Below, piece by piece: positions 54,570 through 64,000 of a DNA stretch of 64,000 nt (positions are counted from its first letter, which is position 1; every line of letters starts with the position of its first letter). Location: assembly GCF_009914755.1 (NCBI RefSeq), contig NC_060933.1; one strand, 5' to 3'. Under the pieces are notes generated by a model, which was given only the letters and a program-made list of their open reading frames with translations, did not search any database and was not told the origin of the DNA. The translations under genes were made by a program, and so were the position numbers. This DNA is from the human T2T-CHM13v2.0 reference genome, Homo sapiens.

Positions 54570-56740
54570 GTCATTTTCAAATTCTGGTAATGTATACTTA
54601 ACATAAAATGTGCCATTTTAATATTTTTTAAGTATACAGGGCAGTGGCATTAAAGTGGCATGAAGTACACTCACATTGTTATATAGGCATCACCACCCAT
54701 CTCCAGAACTTTTTTCATTTTCTCAAACTGAAGCTCTGTACCCATTAAACAATAATTTCCCATTTGCCCCCGCACCCAGCTTCTGGCAACTATCATTCTA
54801 CTTTTTGTCTCCATGAATTTGACTACTCTAGAGACCTTATATAAGCAGAATCATACAATATTGGTCCTGTGATTGGCTTTTTCACTTAGCATAGGATTTT
54901 GAAGTTTCATTTATGTTGTAGCATGTGTCAGAATTTTCTTCCTTTTGAAGATCGAATAATGTTTCATGGCTTACGGATACCATATTTTGTTTATCCATTT
55001 ATCCTTCAGTAGGCATTCAGATTGGCTGAACATGGGTGTACAAATTATCTGTTCAAATCCTGTTTTCAATTCTTTAAGATACATGCCCAGAAGTAAAATT
55101 GTTGGATCATGTTAAAGAAAAAAATCGTTCTGAAACTTATGAAAATGGTAAAGAAAACTTTGGACTGTTGCGATAGGTGGCAAGACTATCGCCTTAGGGG
55201 AGAGAGAATACAGCAAGGACAGCTGGGTGTCCAGAGACAATCAGCAGAGTGACTGAGTCAGTGGACAGAAAATTACTAAGAGGACACATGAAGGTAAGGT
55301 GGTTCTTTCTCACCTGACTTAACAGAATTCTTGCTGAAGCCAGACTGTGGTGATCTGATATCAAATGTGGGGGATGAAGAACTTGATCAGATCCCAAGGG
55401 TGATCAGATATCAAGGGTGGGGGATTGTCTCTAAAGAGACTTAGCAGGACTCTTGCTGTAGTTGGACTAGGCAGGCCTAATACAGGGCCCCAAAGATGAG
55501 AGCTAGTTAAAAAGAGGGCTGAAGAGAGACTAACTAAAGTTAGGTCAGAGAGAGTCTAGTCAATTATATGTAATTCAATGTTTTAGTTTTTGAGGAACCA
55601 CCATACTGTTTTCCACAGCAGCTGCATTGTTTTACGTCCCATCAGGAATGAACAAAAGTTCCAGTTTCTCCGTGTCCTTGCCAACATCATTTATTTCCTG
55701 TCTTGTTTTTCTTTTGCTTTGATTTTTAATAGCAATCTTAATGGGTATGAAGCAATATCTCATTGTTGCAATTTTGATTTGCGTTTCCCTGATGATTAGT
55801 GTTGTTGAGCATTTCTTTCCATGGGCCTATTAACGATTTGTATACCTTCTTTGAAGAAATGCTTATTCGGTCTTCATCTGTTTTTAAACCAAGTTTTTAT
55901 TGTTATTGTTGAGTTGTTAGGAGTTCTTTTTATATTCTGGATGTGAATTTCTTATCAGATATATTATTTGCAAATATTTTCTCCCATTATGTGGGTTGCC
56001 TTTTTACTCTGTTGAGAGTGTCCTTTAATACAAAAAAGTTTGTGAATATTGGCAAAGGAGAAATTGGTCTATTTTTTTTTTCTTTGTTCCCTGTGCTGTT
56101 GGTGTCACATCCAAAAATTCATTGCTAAACCCACTGTCATGAAAATTTTCACCTATGTTTTCTTATAGAAGTTTTATCGTTTTAGCTGTTATGTTTAAGT
56201 TTTAATTTTTGTACATGGTGTAAGGGTCCAAATTTATTCTTTTGTATGTGGATAGCCAGTTTTCTCAGCACCATTTTCTAAAAAGACTGTCTTTTCCCCA
56301 TTGAATAATCTTGGCATTCTTGTCAAAAATCATTTGATAATATATGTGAGAGTTTATTTCAAGACTCTGTCTTCTATTCCATTGGTCTACACATTCTTTA
56401 TGCCAGTACCACACTGTTTTGACTAGTGTAGGTTTGTGTACTTTTTGAAAAGAGGAAGTGTGAGACTTCGAACTTTGTGCTTCTGTTTCAAGTGTTTTAG
56501 CTCTTCAGGGTCCCTTGTGATTTCACATGAATTTCAGGATGGATTTTTCTATTTCTGCAAAAACACCATTGGGATTTTGATCCATGAACATGAGATGTCT
56601 TGCCATTTATTTGTTTCTTATTTAATTTCTTTTAGCAATGTTTTACAGTTCTCGATGTGAAAGTTCTTCACCTGCTTAGTTATGTTTATTCCTAAGCATT
56701 TTCTTCTTTCCAATGCTATTGTAAAATAGAATAGAATTGT
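54570..56740 (-). mobile_element. L1MB (L1MB7/8-like) 3' end and ORF2, split by MER31
   Basis: catctccagaactttttcattttctcaaactgaagctctgtacccattaaaca; ORF2 continues after 55563. Confidence 0.85.
55110..55562 (-). mobile_element. MER31 LTR (ERV1)
   Basis: TG...CA ends; repeated gatcagatatcaaggg motifs; ttagcaggactcttgct. Confidence 0.8.
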
Positions 56741-57347
56741 TCTCTTTGCTATGGTCCTATGTATTAGATACAGAGCATATGAAGCTAATAAACCGCATCA
56801 CAAACCAACACATGTGATTATGATTTACTTGACAAGCCTGAACACACATACATGAAAAATTAAAGAGGAATTTATTAGTACTGCCTTCACTTCTTAAAAA
56901 TCACGTCATGCATGTTGTTTATTATTTAAAATGTAAATGAACATTCAGTGAACTCCCTTTTGTTATTGTTTTCGTCTTCACTTTCGATGTGTGCAATGTT
57001 CATTGGTAATTTTTCACATTACTAATGTGAAATTTACCAAAATAAAAAATATTTATAAAAATTATATTATAAAAAATAAAAAATGGTTGAAAGAAAATGT
57101 TTGTGGTTTGTAGAAATTGAGACAGAGTAAAAAGTTTAGCACAGTAGAGCATATGCCACGAATCAAGTGTTGTTTATCTGAAGGCAAACTTATTTGTGTG
57201 ATTTCTGCAATGGAAAAATTGGAGTCGCCAAGGAATGAACTAGGGGGTGTTAAATTAAAATTTATATTTCGTCATAGATAAGTGACATAAAAGAACTCTT
57301 GAGCTGAATCCTTATAACTTAAAAAGTAAAAATTTGGTAATATTTTA

Positions 57348-57714
<367 letters not shown>

Positions 57715-58143
57715 CTATTTCAAATGAGTACATCGATAAAACTTATCATGTGATTTTCAATATTACGTTTCCCAATATAGCAGCAGCAACAATATTAATA
57801 AAAATAGCAATCATAACTTCATTAATTGAGACCCTCTTATAAGTCAACATTTGACATATACTTTTCTAGTCATCACAGCAAACTGCAAATGAGAAAAATG
57901 AAGAGATTCACAAAAGATAGATGAGTTTCCCAAAGACAATCGGCTAGGACCATGCTATCTTTCCTCTTCTATATACTTTGGCATTAGTAATCCCCTATTT
58001 CCTTTTGATACCACCATGTCTATCATACAAGCATGACAAGACAGGCTTGTTGGTCCCATTTGTATTTTCCCATTGGTTTGAAAGCTAGTGTACAGGGACC
58101 ACACTTTCCTCTTATTATAGAGGCTGGTCATGTCAGAATCCAT

Positions 58144-58199
58144 TGTGTGTCAGTAGCATTTCCTGGGAATCTATGTGTGTCAGTATCATTTCCTGGGAA
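58144..58199. repeat. 30-bp tandem duplication
   Basis: tgtgtgtcagtaKcatttcctgggaa at 58144-58169 and 58174-58199. Confidence 0.92.
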
Positions 58200-60164
58200 G
58201 GTTTGCATACTACTGACTTTGTATCTTCAAATAATGTTAAGAGTTTTAGCACTGAACTATGAGAACTACACAAGCAATATTACAATAAGGAAAAATAAGT
58301 GAACCGTTGTAAGGACAGAAATGGACATACTGATAAAAACTTTGATTTATAGAAGCATGACTTAAAAATCAAAGTAGATCAACATTTTATTAACAGAATA
58401 ATATATGCTCACTGTAAAAAAAAATCAACACAAGCAAAGTATGAAGAGAAGGTAAATATCTTCCCAAATCTCTTCATGAACACACGAGAACATGCCTCCA
58501 GATATCATCTCTTTACAGATATATGTGTATGTGTTTGGGTGCATGTATAATTTTATATAGATAATTCCTTCCTACGCATGTGGTGTGGTGTCTACTTTTT
58601 TACTCAGCAAAGTGGCAGGGACATCTTCATGGTTATAAATATTGAGATAGTGCTATCATTTTTAATGGATGCAAAGTGTTCTTTATGTAAAATGCTATAT
58701 TGAAAGAAACATAGGTGGTTTTGAAATTTCACTGTCATAATCAATGCCACGAGTAGCTTTTGTGTGCATGCATTTTAATTCCCTTGGCTAATGATCTCTT
58801 CAAGATAAATTCCAAGATGTTGGATATTTGGGTCCAAGGGTAGAAGCATGATGTTACAGTATAAACCTGTAAGCTACTCAGTTAGAAAAGTAGAAACATG
58901 TTGTTTAGCTACTTGTATAGATTTGCCAACCTGTATATACAAATACCTGTAACATGTAAGGAAGAAGTCCATTTTTATTTTTCTATAAGATATTACTGAA
59001 TAATTATTGAGTTTTTCTGAACAGAATAATGTTCTCTCAAGGCTTTGTGATCCTGTTTCGTTATTGACATTGTTGTCTAACACAGGCACGAAGTATAACA
59101 GGCACAATTACTACCTGTTCTCAGAAGTTCCTGATAGAAGTCATAGTAATCCACCAACAAACTGTAAATTCCATTCTTCCTCAATTCAGACATATCAGAC
59201 ACCAACAGAATGGCAGGCCAAAAAAGTTATTCATGGACTCATTAGTTCCTGATCCCAGATGTAGACAGCCAGATTACTTCCAGAGGAGGTTTTTGTTGAC
59301 AAACATTCTTGGCACATTCTTCCAAAAAGGTATCATTCTGAGGAATCTAGCCTGAACACCAAAACAGTAGCATAAAACTCATATTTTATTGCTTTCTTTT
59401 CCTATATTTCAGCCCCCAAATAGTTATCATGAGGCTTAGCTTTCATCATTCCACATCCTAATTAAAAAATGGTTGGATCGCAGCAGAGGCAAAGAAACAA
59501 AGGCAGCTAATATCTGCCATACTTCATTCACGTATGATTACCTTTAAGTTCTTGCATCAAACTCTATTTCAGTTATCAGAATTGCAGCAAATGGGTTTTT
59601 TTCTGTATGCATAACGAGCAAGAGGGATTAAAGCTGCTTTTCTAAAAGGAGCCAATACGGGTGGTCTATATTTGAGACTTTATGAGTATCTCCTACTCAC
59701 TGTCAAGAACACTGCTGTGTGTATATGTGGGAGGTATTTATGTGTGTTGTGATAGAGGAGTGGACTTGGACATATGTGCATGTGATCAGGATGGAGGGGC
59801 AATGTTAATAAGTAATGCAAGTCTTCTGTATACAGAAATTTGATACATTCAGATACAGACATTTGTGTCTGTAGAGTTGTGGCTTTTATGATTGCCATTT
59901 TGATAAGACAAAAGGAGAAATATTAAAGTTTCTATTTTGTGGGGAGAGGTAGTGGCAAGTCTTCCTAACAGCATCTTCTCTAGAAAATCTTTCTTCCTAT
60001 TTTAAATGCAAGATGTATAAAATCCTTCTAGTATCGTGAGAGTCCAGACTTCCATAGCAGAGCTGACTGCAGGGGGCAGTCAGTTTACAAATATGCCAAA
60101 TATCATTATATGGGCAGCATTGCCCAAAAGAATATATTTAGTTTGGCACAAATGCCTAGAGAGC

Positions 60165-60605
60165 TGTTTTTATTGGGTTTTCTGGAAATATATCCAGAAT
60201 GGAAATTTTTGTGTCAAAATTTCATTGAGAACTCTCAAAAGATACACTTTCGAGGAAATAGAGAAAGACAATTTGGGCAGAAGGTGAACACAATCCACAA
60301 GGTATATGTGGGTGCAACCAAAGTCTTAATCCATTTTCTAAGGAGCTGTGGAGCTGGAATGAGGCTTCACAGCTTCCTTGGACTGAATCAAAACATCAGG
60401 GCCTTGTGTCTCTACATTCATCATTGCTGACTGTAGGCCACCCGGAAAGAAGGAACATCTTGAGGGAGGGAGTGTTCTAAAACCAAGAGCAAAATTTCCT
60501 GAGATGCAGTTAAGAACCATCAGCAGCAGAAATTCCCAACAGCTGCCTGGATATATATGTTGACCCTGAAGAGAAGATCTCGGCAAGACACCACAGTATC
60601 CACTC
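60165..60605 (-). mobile_element. ERVL LTR (LTR33/LTR16-like)
   Basis: ggagctgtggagctggaatgaggcttcacag...gggccttgtgtc...accacagtatccact. Confidence 0.6.
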
Positions 60606-61042
60606 CAACAGCCAAGGAAGGAAAAAGGGAGAAAGCAGGGCTAGGTTTCATAGAATCAAGTGTGTCTCGAAGACTGGTGTTTTCAAGTTGACAATGTAGA
60701 GTGTAAGGACATCCTAGGCAAAGGGAACATTGAACACTACAGCATAAGGACTGGTAAAACTTAAAAATGTGGACAAAATTCTAGACCCGTACTGACTAAG
60801 AGGAAGGAGAGAGAATCAAAGCAGATAGTACAAGATGAAAGTGACCCAATAGCAAAAGATGACACTGGAAAGGCAGGTAAGAGTCAGTCACAGATGATAA
60901 TGAATGAAATTCAAAGCACTGTGCTTGCTAGAGGAAGTGAATAAGCAATGTGATCAGATTTGTTCATTTGAAAACTGATTAGACCAGCAGAATGGAGTAT
61001 GACTGGGGAGAGACTAGCAGCAAACCCACTAGATCTGAAGCA

Positions 61043-61480
61043 CGGCAGGCATGTTAGTTACTCCCAATATCCAGCCTACCTGCCTTCCTTACTAATTGCC
61101 CTTTCTTTTCTTTGCAGTGGCAGTATTGCAAGCCAAATACTTTATCATCCTATCTGACATGATAAAACTTAAGCAGAAGTCTACTGGTGGTTTTGGGGAA
61201 AGCTCAAGTGTCTTAAGTGATAGAATGATACAGATGGGGCTGACATGGACTTTTCTCCCTTCTTTTGTTTGGAACACAGATAATGATGGCTAGAACTGCA
61301 GCAGCCATATGGCAGCCAAAGGGAAAGGCCTAAAGAGTGGCAGAGATATCACCCCAAGTGTCATGAAGGTACTGAACCAAAGAAAGCAGTCACCCACATG
61401 TAGGCATTTTGTCATGTAAGAAAGATAAATTCTATTCATTTAAGCCATTTGTTCTTACTGGCTGCTGAATGTAATATACA
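61043..61480 (+). mobile_element. MLT1 (I/J-like) MaLR LTR inside L2
   Basis: tgatggctagaactgcagcagccat...ctgaaccaa...atttaagcca. Confidence 0.7.
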
Positions 61481-62109
61481 AAGCTATTAAAATAGTCCAG
61501 AAAATATTTGATGGGGACCAGATCTAGGTAACAACAATTGGGAATAGAAATGCCAGGACAATGAGAAACATGTAGATGGCTGAATCCACAAGACCAAGTC
61601 ACTAGCTGTGGGCTACAAGGGAGACTGAAGACTCAGGAATCACTGAGATTCTGATTTAAGAATATTTTTTTTCCATGTTCACCTCCTGCCATCTTTTATC
61701 TCACCTTATTTCTTAACCATATTTAGTTCTTTTGAACCTCTCTTCCTTTTAAAATGTTCTTCTCTGCTAGATTGCTTCATTCCAACTTCACCTAGTAAGC
61801 TCCCCTTTATACTTTAAATTTACTTCAAATATCACCTCCTCCTTAAAGTACCGCCCACTTAATCCCTAAAAGTACAATATTCCTCTTCTGTGGACAAAAA
61901 CTACTATTTTTGAATGATTATCATGTGCCAGTTATTAAGTGCTTTACAGAGATCAAGTAATTTTTATTCTTTTAACTACTCTCTGAGGCAGGTACTGCTA
62001 GATGTATCTTATATGACAGTTTCTTATAGGAGGTCACATCAGTAAGGATGGTTATTGTTTACAGTAGAAGCTTCAGGTTTCAGCTGAAGAATTCTCCACT
62101 AGAAGGTGG

Positions 62110-62360
62110 CACAATCAAAGGCAAAGGGCACAGATATTAAAATATTTGGTTTTAAATCTTTTTTTCCGCCACTTACACACTGTTAGCCTGAACAGATTTT
62201 GTAACTTCCCTGGGCCTCAGAATTCATCATATGTAAAACAGAGAAAAAAATAGCAATCCTTCAAAGGTTGGCTACGAGAAATAACTGAAATACAAATGAC
62301 TTTAAAATGCCTAATGCTTGTAAGCACACAATAAACATTAGCTGTAACGATTATTATCGT
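62110..62360 (+). mobile_element. MIR
   Basis: ctgggcctcagaattcatcatatgtaaaacagag...caataaacattagct. Confidence 0.7.
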
Positions 62361-64000
62361 GGTATGGATTTTCCTCTTAACCAATGGGAATGCAAGGCAA
62401 TTTTCATTACCCTCTCCTATGAACCCTTTTAAATAACACACTATTAGTCAGCTATTCTCAATGTCTATAATATGGGTACTTGCATAAATAATTTGATAGA
62501 GCTACCTAATGTTTATACATTAATCCAATGTGCGGTTAATTACATTAGAGGAGAGACTTCATGAAAAAACATTAGGAGTAAAACTTTTTTTTTTTTAGCA
62601 GTAGCTAAGTATGACATGATTAAATGTCAATTAGCATAACGTCTGCCAGTGGGTCAGAAAATTCCTGTGGTTTGTCGGCTCTTGTCAGATTTTTTTGGTT
62701 GTGTGACTTTTGAAGTCTAGCTATTTAGAAACCCATGATATTTTTTTGAACCTGACACCAAGTAACACAGTAGGTCATGGCCTGAAAGTTACCATGGAGG
62801 GAACATATTAGGTTGAGCACTCCCCTTGGGGGCTGGCTTTCTCCCCTCTGTGAGAAAGTACTGACTACCATTGATTATTCTTGGGCACTCTTATTAAATC
62901 TGACCTTGAAACTCAGAATATTTAGGAAGCCAAAAACTTCAATGCTAAAAACAAACAAACAAAAAAGTCTATTATGTAATAATTTGCAGACACCCTGACA
63001 AGAAGGTGGTCCAAAACCACAGGTCATTTACCCAGTTACACAGAAAACCTTGCATTATGTAGAAAAACTGGCATTTATCCAGATTGGGCAAAAATGCCTT
63101 GGCGCAGATGGGAATATTTACTCAAACCAAAGCTACCAATATTGCACTCAGAAGTTAACTGTTCTAGTTGTGGAAATGCAGGTCTGTCTGGTTGGTGAAG
63201 ACTCCTGATGAATCTACCAAACTCATCTGAGAAAGTGGACCTATGTTCCCTTTATTTTGTGTTTCATCGATCCTCCTGCCCCTGAACTTGCTGACCACTC
63301 AGAGAGCTGCACACATTTTCCTGGTGCCAAAGTCCAGTTTGGAGAAAAGGAATTCAAAATTCACATCACAGCAACGTCTCTGTATCGCTCCTCCCTGTTT
63401 CTCCTTCCCTGCTCCTTGTTATACATCTTTGTATCCTACCTTCGTTTGTTACCAGCAATTTTAAAATGATTTCATCTTTCCATCTCCCTTCTTCTGTCTT
63501 GCTTTCTTCAAAGATCAATTTCCATCCTACTCCCTCTTACAGAAGCCTTTGCTCCAAATGCCTTCCCTCTGACTCCACTCACAGTGAAATCTCCGAGCTT
63601 CCCAGACCCGATCCTGGCCACAAAAGCCTCTCTACCCCTCTTTCCTGCTCCCAGTGCCCTTGATCAGGCTCCAAACTCCTTCCCACACAGGTCAAAGGTC
63701 CACCCCTCCTCCCCTGTCTTCTAGGAAGGGGTGTTCTCACCAGGCCTTTCCCTCCAGGCAAAATTCTGCCCCTGCCTGCTGCTGCTGCTATGGAAGAGAC
63801 TGTTTGTGTTTCTTAGGACACACACAGCTTTGCCAAAATCCTTCTCTGTCTTTTGGTTCCTGCACCAGATTCCTCACACTGACCCACAAGATTTCTGGGC
63901 ACAGGTGAGCCTTCCAAGCTGTAACTGGACTGAGTGGGTTTGCTGAGACTGTTGGATGATTATCCTGTCAAGTAGTTTTCCCCTAAAAAAGTCCTCAACT

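Noticed and set aside
63243-63946. Cluster of short ORFs at the window end
   Set aside because: Pyrimidine-rich composition lowers stop density; no splice or domain support.

Overview
Primate (most likely human) AT-rich, repeat-dense genomic DNA: 14 Alu-family insertions (FLAM, AluJ, AluS, AluY), L1PA/L1MB/L1MC/L1ME, L2, MIR, MaLR/ERVL/ERV1 LTRs and Tigger1/MER DNA transposons. I cannot support any intact protein-coding gene; most ORFs in the track are repeat-derived or chance. The main discovery is a compact, decayed multi-exon gene on the + strand at about 36375-38870. It has an RFX X-box just upstream of a GCCATG start and about 10 recognisable exons. Joined across their splice sites, they give a Pro/acidic N-terminus followed by several calmodulin-like EF-hand helix-loop-helix units riddled with stops and frameshifts, i.e. 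a candidate unprocessed (possibly unitary) pseudogene of a cilia/testis EF-hand protein. The second theme is a cluster of locally templated insertions and duplications between about 24 and 50 kb whose donors lie 1.3-2.5 kb away in the same window. Repeat subfamily names come from recalled consensus sequences and need RepeatMasker/Dfam confirmation. I could not identify the locus.
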